A DNA stretch of 64,000 nucleotides from positions 32,001 to 96,000 of the forward strand of contig JBGPIA010000003.1 in assembly GCA_041484665.1 (NCBI GenBank), written 5' to 3'. A program made the position numbers and the translations under genes. The notes below the pieces were generated by a model. That model had not been told where the DNA came from. It ran no database searches and worked only from the letters and a program-made list of their open reading frames with translations. The stretch comes from Candidatus Krumholzibacteriia bacterium (lineage in GTDB: Bacteria; Krumholzibacteriota; Krumholzibacteriia; JAJRXK01). Of this stretch, positions 38,489-46,938 are shown one piece after another (position 1 is the stretch's first letter; each line of letters begins with the position of its first letter).

Positions 38489-39937
38489 CTAGCGCTGCTC
38501 GCTCCAGACCAGCCGGTAGTGCCCCAGGCCGTCGGCGTCGCGGAAGTAGAACGTCAGGCTCTGCTGGTAATAGTGCCACACCTCGAACGTCGCGCTGCTC
38601 GAGCTGAGCATCCCGTGGCTCTCGATCGACTCGGGGGGCCCGTAGCGGATGTAGACGCGGCCGCGGTCGCTGAGCGCGCCATCGCGGAATCCGTCACGCA
38701 GCTCGCGACGCGCATACTCCACGCGGGCGAAGTGCAGCTCGAGGCGCGGATTGCCCGGCTCCTGCGGATCGGGATCGCGGCGCTGCCAGAAGGCTGCCCA
38801 GGCCGCCGCGCGCTGCTCGGGCGAAGTACGGCGCAGCTCCTCGAGCTCGTGCTTGTCCCCCAGCGACTCGACCAGGTCGACGTTGGCCCGCCAGGAGGCA
38901 TCGTCGTGCAGATCGAGGCCATAGTTCTCCACGGCCACCACCCGCGGCGCCTGAGGCGGGAGCACCACGCGCACGTCGTTCGTCCCGAACGCGAACGCGC
39001 GGGCGGGCAGGCGCACCAGCAGCCGCCCCATGGGCCGCCCCGCCGGCGGCGGCATCTTCGTCTCCCACAGCGGCGCGGTCGAGCCGTGTACCACGACCGC
39101 GACCTGCAGCTGCTGCGAGTCGGTCACGGCCGCCTCGCGCAGGTCGTACACGGCGATCATGAGCCAAGGAGGGCCCGTGGAGAGGTCGAACGTGTTCCCG
39201 TCGCGGCGCGAGAAGACGGACGGGTCGGGAACGCCGTCGATCTCGCGCACGGCCAGGGAGTCGGAGAGCGGCAGCGGGCTGGCTTCGCGGCGGGCGTAGA
39301 GGACGAGATCCCCCAGCGTCACGCCCCGGCGCTGGACGACGGCCGGGGAGACGGTGAGCAGGCGGCGGCCCTGCCGCTGCGTGCCCACCACCTCCACGAG
39401 CACCTCGAGCTGCACCGGGCCGGCCGCCGGCTGAGTGCGCGCTCCCTCCGCGCCCGCTTGGGCCGCCGCGCCGGCCAGGCGCAGCGTCGCCGTGCGGCGC
39501 ACGGTCGACTGGGCACGCGTCTCCTCGTAGGTCGCCAACTCGACCTGGCCGTCCCACTCCTGCGCCGCCAGCGCTTGGCGGCCGTCGCGCTGCACCACGC
39601 GCAGTCGGTAGCGCGCCACAAAGGTGCTGCCCTCGCGGAAGAACACGAGATTGCGGTACGGCAGGGCGACGGTGACGGTCACCATGGACGCGCCCGTCGA
39701 GTCGACGCCGGCCTGCGCCTCCGCCGAGAACCAGCGGGCCCCCGAGGCGTCCATGCTCTCGGGTTGAGCACGCGCCCCCGGCGCGGCGCACGACAGCACG
39801 GCGGCCACCAGCAGCGGCAACGAGGGCCTGCGGGGCGGCAGCGCAAAGTGGTCCCACCTGGCGCGACGGCGGCGCAGAGCCGCGCGCGGAGCATTTGTGG
39901 CGCGACGCAGGCTGTCAGCCGCGCGCGAAGGGGCCAT
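38489..39937 (-). CDS. secreted GWxTD-domain protein 1
   Basis: FWQRRDPDP...N....HFARVEYA...[16 protein letters not shown]...EVWHY; signal ending GARA; start uncertain. Confidence 0.82.
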   Translation of the reverse strand: MAPSRAADSLRRATNAPRAALRRRRARWDHFALPPRRPSLPLLVAAVLSCAAPGARAQPESMDASGARWFSAEAQAGVDSTGASMVTVTVALPYRNLVFFREGSTFVARYRLRVVQRDGRQALAAQEWDGQVELATYEETRAQSTVRRTATLRLAGAAAQAGAEGARTQPAAGPVQLEVLVEVVGTQRQGRRLLTVSPAVVQRRGVTLGDLVLYARREASPLPLSDSLAVREIDGVPDPSVFSRRDGNTFDLSTGPPWLMIAVYDLREAAVTDSQQLQVAVVVHGSTAPLWETKMPPPAGRPMGRLLVRLPARAFAFGTNDVRVVLPPQAPRVVAVENYGLDLHDDASWRANVDLVESLGDKHELEELRRTSPEQRAAAWAAFWQRRDPDPQEPGNPRLELHFARVEYARRELRDGFRDGALSDRGRVYIRYGPPESIESHGMLSSSSATFEVWHYYQQSLTFYFRDADGLGHYRLVWSEQR

Positions 39938-40601
39938 CGAACTCGATCGTCCCATCGCGCAGACGCACGCACCGCCGGCTGTGGGCCGCGATGTCCATCT
40001 CGTGGGTGACGAGGATGATGGTGTGCCCTTTGCGGCTGAGGACGTCGAGGATGCCCATGATCTCCTCGCTGGTGACCGTGTCGAGATTCCCGGTGGGCTC
40101 GTCCGCCAGCAGGATCGACGGGTGGTTGACCAGCGCCCGGGCGATGGCCACGCGTTGCCGCTGGCCGCCGGAGAGCTCGTTGGGTTTGTGGTGCGCGCGG
40201 TCGGCAAGTCCGACCACCTCCAGCGCCTCCGCGGCGCGCCGGGCGCGCTCCCGCCGGGGCAGGCCCGCGTAGATCAGCGGTAGCTCGACGTTCTGCGCGG
40301 CCGTGGCACGCGGCAGTAGATTGAACGTCTGGAAGACGAACCCGATCTCGTGGTTGCGGATCTGCGCCAGCTCGTCGTCGGTCATGACGCTGACCTGCTT
40401 GCCGTTGAGAAGGTAGGTCCCCTCGGTGGGCGTGTCCAGACATCCCAGGATGTTCATGAACGTCGACTTGCCCGAGCCGGACGGGCCCATGATGGCCACG
40501 TATTCGCCCGCGTCGATCTGGAGGTTCACCCCGCGCAGCGCGCGCACCTCCTCCTTGCCCACCACGTAGATCTTCTGGATTGCGTCGATCTCGATCAGCA
40601 C
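39915..40601 (-). CDS. ABC ATPase, MacB/LolD/YknY type
   Basis: [47 protein letters not shown]. Confidence 0.95.
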   Translation of the reverse strand: MLIEIDAIQKIYVVGKEEVRALRGVNLQIDAGEYVAIMGPSGSGKSTFMNILGCLDTPTEGTYLLNGKQVSVMTDDELAQIRNHEIGFVFQTFNLLPRATAAQNVELPLIYAGLPRRERARRAAEALEVVGLADRAHHKPNELSGGQRQRVAIARALVNHPSILLADEPTGNLDTVTSEEIMGILDVLSRKGHTIILVTHEMDIAAHSRRCVRLRDGTIEFDGPFARG

Positions 40602-40644
40602 GGTGTCGTCCCTGGTCGGAGGTCCTCGCGCGGTGCGGGCGCGA

Positions 40645-42150
40645 TCACGGCAGCGGGGTTCCGATCGCCCGGGCCAGCTGCGCCCGCGCGATCAGATAGA
40701 GCGTGACCGCATTGTTGGCGTCAGTGCGCGCCCGGGTCAGGTTGACCTGGGCGTTGATCACGTCGAGGGAGGTGCCGGCGCCGACGCGGAATCGCTCGTT
40801 GGCCAGTCGCAGGTCTTCCTGGGTCTGCTCAATGGTGCCCGACGCCACGTCGTACTGCTCCTTGGCCTCGATCAGGCTGATGCGCAGCTTCACGATCTCG
40901 TTGCGGGCGTCCAGCTCGGTCTGCTGCAGCATGTATTCGGACCGCCGGTACTCGGCCTCGCTGCGCTGCTTGACGAGCTTGGTCTGCCAGCGGTCGAATA
41001 GGTTCCAGCTCCCCGAGACCCCCCAGGCGATGCTCTGGTTGGACTGAGCGCCGAAGCGGTACGGCGTCTCGGACGTCGAGCGGGTGACCTGGCCGAACAC
41101 GGCCACGTTGGGATAGTTGTTGGCGTTCGCCTGCGTCGTGCGCTGCTTGCCGGCGAGCACGTCGAAGCGGGCGGCCTTGAGGTCGCCGCGGCCCTCGTGC
41201 GCCTTGGCCACCAGGTCGTCCAGCGCCGGGATGTCGCCCTTGGCCGGGTCGATCTCCTCGGCCTGGACGTCGAAGTGCTGCGACGTCGGGATGTTCATGA
41301 GGTGACAGAGGTCGGCGAAGGCCTGCTCCTCGCCGTTGCGTGCGCGCACCGTATCCAGCCGCGTCTGCTCGTAGCGCACGCGGGCCTGCAGCACGTCGCT
41401 CTTGGTGGCGATGCCGAGGTCGAAGTAGGTCTGGCTGCGCTCGTACTCCTTCTTGGCCAGGTCCTCCGACTCATTGGCAACGATCACCTGGCGCTTGGCG
41501 CGCAGCAGGTTGTAGTAGGCCATCGACACGTTCTGCGCGAGCACGTCCTTGCGGTACGCGAGGCTGGCCTCGCTGGAGCCCAGCGAGGCATCGGCCGCCT
41601 TGAGACCGGCGATGCGCGCGAAGCCGTCGAACACCAGGAGGTTGCTCTGCAGCGTGACAGTGCGGAAGGTCTGCAGCACCGTCTGGTCCGCCGTCCCGAC
41701 CACCGTGGACCCGTAGACGTACGGGTCGTTGCCGCCGATCTGCAGCGGTGCGCCCGTGCTGGTGTAGATCGGCAGCGGCTCCAGCTGTACGCCGAAGATC
41801 GACTGGTCGTAGTCGGTGCGCTTGTTGCGCGTCCAGTCCGCCGACAGGTTCAAGTTGGGGAGCCATGCGCCGCGGCTGGCCAGCACCTCCTTGTTGGCCG
41901 TGCGGACGCTCTCCTCTGCAATCCCAAGCGCAGCCGAGCCGGCAACCGCGGCGTCGACGCATTCCCACAGGGTCACGGCGTGTCCGTCGTACAGGCGGGC
42001 CGTTGCCCCCTGCAATGCGGACAGCTTGTCGGAGAGCTGCGCGCTCGCTGCCGCCGGCAGCACCGACAGAGCGAGGCAAGTCACGACGGCGGTGCAGCCT
42101 TTCCTGGCGCGCCGCCGTGGCCCGCGGTCCACGGAACGATCCCCTCCCAT
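40645..42150 (-). CDS. TolC family outer-membrane efflux protein
   Basis: Signal peptide, two TolC repeats (LPNLNL...LLVFDGF; YPNV...WNLFD), [10 protein letters not shown]. Confidence 0.9.
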   Translation of the reverse strand: MGGDRSVDRGPRRRARKGCTAVVTCLALSVLPAAASAQLSDKLSALQGATARLYDGHAVTLWECVDAAVAGSAALGIAEESVRTANKEVLASRGAWLPNLNLSADWTRNKRTDYDQSIFGVQLEPLPIYTSTGAPLQIGGNDPYVYGSTVVGTADQTVLQTFRTVTLQSNLLVFDGFARIAGLKAADASLGSSEASLAYRKDVLAQNVSMAYYNLLRAKRQVIVANESEDLAKKEYERSQTYFDLGIATKSDVLQARVRYEQTRLDTVRARNGEEQAFADLCHLMNIPTSQHFDVQAEEIDPAKGDIPALDDLVAKAHEGRGDLKAARFDVLAGKQRTTQANANNYPNVAVFGQVTRSTSETPYRFGAQSNQSIAWGVSGSWNLFDRWQTKLVKQRSEAEYRRSEYMLQQTELDARNEIVKLRISLIEAKEQYDVASGTIEQTQEDLRLANERFRVGAGTSLDVINAQVNLTRARTDANNAVTLYLIARAQLARAIGTPLP

Positions 42151-42189
42151 CGAAGGCCCTCCTCGCACGGTAGGAAAACGGTCGCGGGA

Positions 42190-42218
42190 AAGCTAAGCCG
42201 CCCCGCCGTAGGGTTCAA
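42190..42218 (-). promoter_or_regulatory. tolC-operon promoter
   Basis: TTGAAC-17 bp-TAGCTT. Confidence 0.45.
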
Positions 42219-42376
42219 GCCAAGAAGCTGCGACGTCGCTTGGCCCCCGGGCCCGACCCACGCGACTTCCTACGCCTGCGGCGCCGCGGGGTTGCAGGGG
42301 AGTACGAGGTGCCGGGGCGGGCGGCGGCGCCCCCGCAGCGCGGCGGCCGCTGCCAGCGCGTCCTGCGGGGTGCCCG

Positions 42377-42808
42377 TCATCGGGTGGCTCGGAGCTCGCG
42401 CTGGGGCGGCTCGACGCGGTTGCCGAACTGCATGCGCAAGGCGTTGGCCCGGCGCAGCGCCTGCATCACCGCGTCGACGACGCCGTAGCGCGCGCGCGCG
42501 TCGGCCTGCAGCGCGACGATCAGCTGGGGGTTCGCGCGGCACTTGCGCGCCACGATGTCGAAAACCTGGTCCGGGGTGACGATCCGGTCGTCGATGGCGA
42601 TGCGCCCCAGCCGGTCGATCCAGACGTGGGTGACCAGCGTGCGCCGGCTCTCGATCCCGCTCTGCGCGCGCGGCAGATTCACCGGCAGGCCCTCCTCGGT
42701 CCGGATCACGCTGCTCACCATGAAGAACAGCAACAGCAGGAACACGATGTCCCCCATCGTGGTCGTAGGGATCTGGGCCTTGGGCTTGCGTCCGCGGTCG
42801 AATCGCAT
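42377..42808 (-). CDS. exbD: ExbD/TolR family protein 2
   Basis: IPTTTMGDIVFLLLLFFMV, V.LP, LQAD....YG.V..VM. Confidence 0.9.
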   Translation of the reverse strand: MRFDRGRKPKAQIPTTTMGDIVFLLLLFFMVSSVIRTEEGLPVNLPRAQSGIESRRTLVTHVWIDRLGRIAIDDRIVTPDQVFDIVARKCRANPQLIVALQADARARYGVVDAVMQALRRANALRMQFGNRVEPPQRELRATR

Positions 42809-42812
42809 GCTC

Positions 42813-43226
42813 TCACGGTGCGGCCGTCTTGAGCGAGACCTTGCGCGCCTGCGCCAGCCGGATCTCGTCGAACACCGCCACCATGGTCCCATAGCCGGCC
42901 TGCGGGTGCGTGCTCAGCACCACGATCAGGTCCGGATGGAGCCGCAAACGGAGCACCAGCTGGCTCTTGACGGCGTTCACCGGCAGCGGCTCGCCGTCGA
43001 GGGTGACGCGGTCATCGCGGCCGACCTCCAGCGTGCAGACGCTCGCCGGCCCCACGCGCGCCGGGGGGCCGGGACGGGAGGCCGGCAACACGATGGGCAG
43101 CCCCTGCTCCTGGCCGAACACCGTGCTGGTGACGAAGAAGATCATGAGCAGAAAGACGATGTCGGGAATGGAGGCCAGGCTGATCTCCTCCATCGCGCGG
43201 CTTCTCCGTCGCAGGCGAACCGCCAT
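42813..43226 (-). CDS. exbD: ExbD/TolR family protein 1
   Basis: SIPDIVFLLMIFFVT, GLPIVLP, YG.MV.V.DE. Confidence 0.9.
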   Translation of the reverse strand: MAVRLRRRSRAMEEISLASIPDIVFLLMIFFVTSTVFGQEQGLPIVLPASRPGPPARVGPASVCTLEVGRDDRVTLDGEPLPVNAVKSQLVLRLRLHPDLIVVLSTHPQAGYGTMVAVFDEIRLAQARKVSLKTAAP

Positions 43227-43262
43227 GACGCAATCCTCCAAGCGCGCAGCAACCCGGACGGG

Positions 43263-44165
43263 CTACCCGCGGGTCTGGCTCAGCTCCTCCACCAGCTCGG
43301 CGGCGCTCTCCTCCATCTCGATGATGAAGCGGTCGATCACCGAGAGGAAGAAGCTGTGGAAGATACTGGCCGGAATCGCGATGGAGAGGCCGGCCAGCGT
43401 CGTGATGAGCGCTTCCGAGATCCCGCTCGCCACCAGGCGCGGGCTGACCTGGTCGGCCTGGGCGATCGCCTCGAAGGCGTGGATCATCCCCGAGACCGTG
43501 CCCAGGAACCCGATCAAGGGCGAGATGTTCGCGCTGGCCGACAGCGCCAGCAGCCCCCGCTCGAGAAACGACAGCTCGATCGTCCCCGCCGTCTCGATCG
43601 CCTTCTCGACGGCCTGGGGGCCGCGGTCTGCCCGCAGCAGCCCGCTGTGGAGGATGGCCGCGATCGGGCCGCGCGTACGCTCGCAGACTTGCGCCGCCGC
43701 CGTCACGCCGTCGTTGCGCAGGCTGGTGATGATGGCGCCGATCAGGCGCCGCGTGTTGGTGCGCGCCCGTGACAGCGTCCAGGCGCGCTCGAGGATCACC
43801 GCGAGCGTCACGATGGCGAACCCCAGGAGCGGCCACATGAAGTTGCCGCCCTTGGCGAAAAGCTGCCCCGCAGCGGTGCGCCCCAGGGCCGTCGCGGCGA
43901 ACCACCCCATCGTGCCGCTGACCTGCTCTGAATCGCTGACCGGTGCGTGGTCCACCACCGCGCCCAGCGCGGAGTCCGACGCCGTCCAGGCCAGGGAGTC
44001 CGGCCCGGCGCGCCCCCGTCCGTCGCGCGGGCTGATCGCGTCGGCTGCGCACCAAGCAGGTGCCACCAGCGGCAGCAGGGCCGCCACGGCGAGCGCGGCG
44101 ACCCGGGCGCTGGCGTTCGTGCGGCGGCGCGCCAAGGTCGGCTGGGTCCTTCCGCGAGGGGGCAT
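43263..44165 (-). CDS. exbB: MotA/TolQ/ExbB proton channel protein with N-terminal extension
   Basis: GG.FMWPL, SPLIGFLGTVSGMI.AF, VASGISEALITT.AGL.IAIP; start uncertain. Confidence 0.92.
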   Translation of the reverse strand: MPPRGRTQPTLARRRTNASARVAALAVAALLPLVAPAWCAADAISPRDGRGRAGPDSLAWTASDSALGAVVDHAPVSDSEQVSGTMGWFAATALGRTAAGQLFAKGGNFMWPLLGFAIVTLAVILERAWTLSRARTNTRRLIGAIITSLRNDGVTAAAQVCERTRGPIAAILHSGLLRADRGPQAVEKAIETAGTIELSFLERGLLALSASANISPLIGFLGTVSGMIHAFEAIAQADQVSPRLVASGISEALITTLAGLSIAIPASIFHSFFLSVIDRFIIEMEESAAELVEELSQTRG

Positions 44166-44283
44166 GCTGGGTCGCGGGGTGCTTCAGATCGGGCGGGTGG
44201 GGTTGGCCGGCTTGCGCCATGGCGCGCGCGACCGTCGACGGAACCCCCGCCGACGGAACTGCCGTGCTTGTTGAGCAGCGCCT

Positions 44284-44311
44284 ATTATGGGGCGGACAAA
44301 CTGGGTGTCAA
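44284..44311 (-). promoter_or_regulatory. exbB promoter
   Basis: TTGACA-16 bp-CATAAT. Confidence 0.5.
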
Positions 44312-44345
44312 GGCGCGGCCCGGCGGTGGCGAGGACCTTGGCGCC

Positions 44346-45851
44346 TCAGCGCTTCTCGGCCAGGTTGCTGAACTCCATCCGGTACTCCCCGGTCCCGAGC
44401 CGGTCCACGAACAGGAAGCGCAGGTTGATGTCCTGACTGAAGATCGACTGCGACGCCACCAGGGGGTGCCCGTAGAGCTGGTAACGCCAGAGCTCGAATG
44501 CCCCCTCCTTGCCGGAGTGGCTGTCATTGCGCTCGCGATCGCGCTGCGCCTCGATCCCTGGAGACTCCGTCTTGGGGACGGCCTGTTTGAAGGCCACCCC
44601 GGGCCGCTCCAGCGCGCCGACGTCGTGCACCATGACGATGGCGTCCATCAGGTCCTCGCCGCTGTAGGGGATCACTTCCAGGGAGATCTCGGCGGGGGGC
44701 CCGAAGCGGATGTAGGTGCGCCCGCGGTCGGTGCGTGGCCCGGGCATGAGCTGCTCGCCGAAATAGCGCCGGGCATACGCCACGCGCGCGAGGAATTCGG
44801 AATAGACCTCGTTCTCCAGAGTCCCAGGGGTGGGATCCAGCGCGGTCCAAAGCTCCTGCAGCCGCTGCAGCTGCACCGCAGGTGAGGCCTTGCGCCACGC
44901 GTCGAGGTCGTCGCCGTTGAGCAGGATCTCGGCCTCGAGCTTCAGGTCGCGCTGGCTGGGAGCAGCGGACTCGATGCGCCACGAGACGGAGAACTCGCTC
45001 TCGGTGGCCGCGGCGGCGTCCCAGGAGGGCGTGGCGCGCAGCACGTAGGAACCCTCCAGGAAGCTCGCCAGGGGGAGGCTGTAGAGCGCCGCGCGGCGGT
45101 CGCTGCCCGCTGCCAGATGCACTTCATCGCTGTCGATGGTCCCCGACTGGGGGTCGACGACCGCGAACGTCACGGTCAGGTCCTGCTGGGGCAAGGCGTC
45201 GCGCACCTCAACGTAGGCCAATAGGCTGTCCTGCTCGACGCCGTAGAGGCGGTCAGGATGGGGCAGCAGCTCCCCGCGCCGCGACGGGACGCGGAACTCC
45301 GGATCGCTGAGCCGGGGTGGCGCAGGCTGCGCGTCGGGCGGGGTGAGCGCGCTCCCCGGCGCGCTCCAGTCCGGGACGTCCAGCACGCCGCTGCCGCGCC
45401 CGCGCACGTCGCCGCCCATCAGTCCTCCCCGCCGGCCCTGGCGGTCCACGAGCTCGGCCGTCAGTGCCCAACGGCCCGGGGGAACGGGCAACGAAAGCTC
45501 GACCAGCTGGTAGCGCAGCGGGTCGGCGGCATCCTGGGCGCTCTGTGCGTGGAGCACGTAGACCTGCGACGTGTCCACCGCCACGAGCCCCTGGCGGGCC
45601 AGCTTCAGGTGCAGCTCGACGACGGAACTCAGGCCCCCCGGCCCCGGCACGAACCGCAGATGGGGATGGGTGATCGATGCGGCGACATCGACGCGCGCGC
45701 CGAGCTCCGCGGGGAACACCGGGGCGTCGAGGGAGAACTCCAGATCGCCCGTCCCGGCGACGGGAGCGCGCAGCCCTGCATGAGCGGTGCCGGCCGCCAG
45801 GGCCACCAGGCCGGGCCATGCCGCTCTGGACAGCCAGCGCAGCGCGCGCAA
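44346..45851 (-). CDS. secreted GWxTD-domain protein 2
   Basis: LW..LDPTPGT.ENE...EF..RV.YA...GPRTDRGRTYIRFGPP...FELWRY...FLFVD..G.GEY; signal ending TAHA; RBS AAGGAG. Confidence 0.85.
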   Translation of the reverse strand: MRALRWLSRAAWPGLVALAAGTAHAGLRAPVAGTGDLEFSLDAPVFPAELGARVDVAASITHPHLRFVPGPGGLSSVVELHLKLARQGLVAVDTSQVYVLHAQSAQDAADPLRYQLVELSLPVPPGRWALTAELVDRQGRRGGLMGGDVRGRGSGVLDVPDWSAPGSALTPPDAQPAPPRLSDPEFRVPSRRGELLPHPDRLYGVEQDSLLAYVEVRDALPQQDLTVTFAVVDPQSGTIDSDEVHLAAGSDRRAALYSLPLASFLEGSYVLRATPSWDAAAATESEFSVSWRIESAAPSQRDLKLEAEILLNGDDLDAWRKASPAVQLQRLQELWTALDPTPGTLENEVYSEFLARVAYARRYFGEQLMPGPRTDRGRTYIRFGPPAEISLEVIPYSGEDLMDAIVMVHDVGALERPGVAFKQAVPKTESPGIEAQRDRERNDSHSGKEGAFELWRYQLYGHPLVASQSIFSQDINLRFLFVDRLGTGEYRMEFSNLAEKR

Positions 45852-45919
45852 ACTGGACTCCTTGCCCGAGCGAGTCGCCGGCGGTCGCAATCGCCGGGCG
45901 CCCGCCCTGGGTTGCCCGG

Positions 45920-46873
45920 CTAGTACCCGAAGGACAATGACACGCGATGCACTCCGCCCAGGGATGACATGTCCACGAAGCTGTAGTCGAGCTGCGCGTT
46001 GCTGGTGCGTCCCGTCTTCACGCGGAAACCGGCACCGGCGCTCAGCCCGTCGGTGTCGTAATTAAGGTTGTATCCCCCGCGCAGGAAGAAGGTGTCGCGC
46101 ATGTTGTACTCGAGGCCGAAGTTGGCGCGCTCGGCGTTGTCGGTCGGGTGCTGGAACTCGCCGGCCGCCAGCACCTTCTGGCTGCCGGCGCGGATGGGCT
46201 CGAAGCTGAAACCGACCTTGAACATGGTCGGCAGCCGGGCCTCGCGCTGGTCGAACTTCACCTGGCTGCCGAGGCTCTGGATCGCCATGCCCACCTTCAT
46301 GCCCTGGATGCCGATGCGGTACATGATTCCGAGGTCCGCCGCCGCCGTGTTCACCGAGGTCTCGGCCAGCCCCAGGTGCAGGTAGTGCACCGTCGCGCCC
46401 GCGGAGAACTTGTCGGTGAAGTAGCGCGCGTAGCTCAGCCCCAGGCTGCTGTAGCCCGAGTCGAACGTCTGCCCGTTGCCGTCCGGCTCAAACGCCGTGC
46501 GGACGATCTGCGGGTCCATCCACAGCGCCCGGGCGCTGATGGCGAACGTGCCGTAGATGCTGCGCGGGTTGAAGACGTACGCCGCGTAGGACAGCTTGAT
46601 GTCTGCTGGCCACTGCGTCTGGTTGAGGCTCAACTCGGAGCCGCGGACGTTCACGATGCCGGCCGGGTTCCAGTAGACGGCGGTGGCGTCGTCGGCCACG
46701 GCAGTGTAGGCCGAGCCCATGGCCGTGGCACGCGCGCTCACGCCGATCTTGAGGAACTGGCCGTCGAACGTACCGACCTTCGCGAAGACCTGACCGGCGA
46801 CCGCCGGGCGGACCGCCGCGGTCGCTGAGAACGCCGTGAGGACGATCCCCGCGAGGAGCTTCCTGACCTTCAT
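45920..46873 (-). CDS. PorV/PorQ (UPF0164)-like outer-membrane beta-barrel
   Basis: FLKIGVSARATAMGSAYTAVADDATAVYWNPAG signature; GLEY...LRGGY...G.GF...DYSF...HRVSLSFGY. Confidence 0.85.
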   Translation of the reverse strand: MKVRKLLAGIVLTAFSATAAVRPAVAGQVFAKVGTFDGQFLKIGVSARATAMGSAYTAVADDATAVYWNPAGIVNVRGSELSLNQTQWPADIKLSYAAYVFNPRSIYGTFAISARALWMDPQIVRTAFEPDGNGQTFDSGYSSLGLSYARYFTDKFSAGATVHYLHLGLAETSVNTAAADLGIMYRIGIQGMKVGMAIQSLGSQVKFDQREARLPTMFKVGFSFEPIRAGSQKVLAAGEFQHPTDNAERANFGLEYNMRDTFFLRGGYNLNYDTDGLSAGAGFRVKTGRTSNAQLDYSFVDMSSLGGVHRVSLSFGY

Positions 46874-46938
46874 GGATTCAACCTCCGCTCTCCAGGGAGC
46901 AGGTTGTGGTCCCGTCGCAGCTCTAGGCTGCCTGGGCC

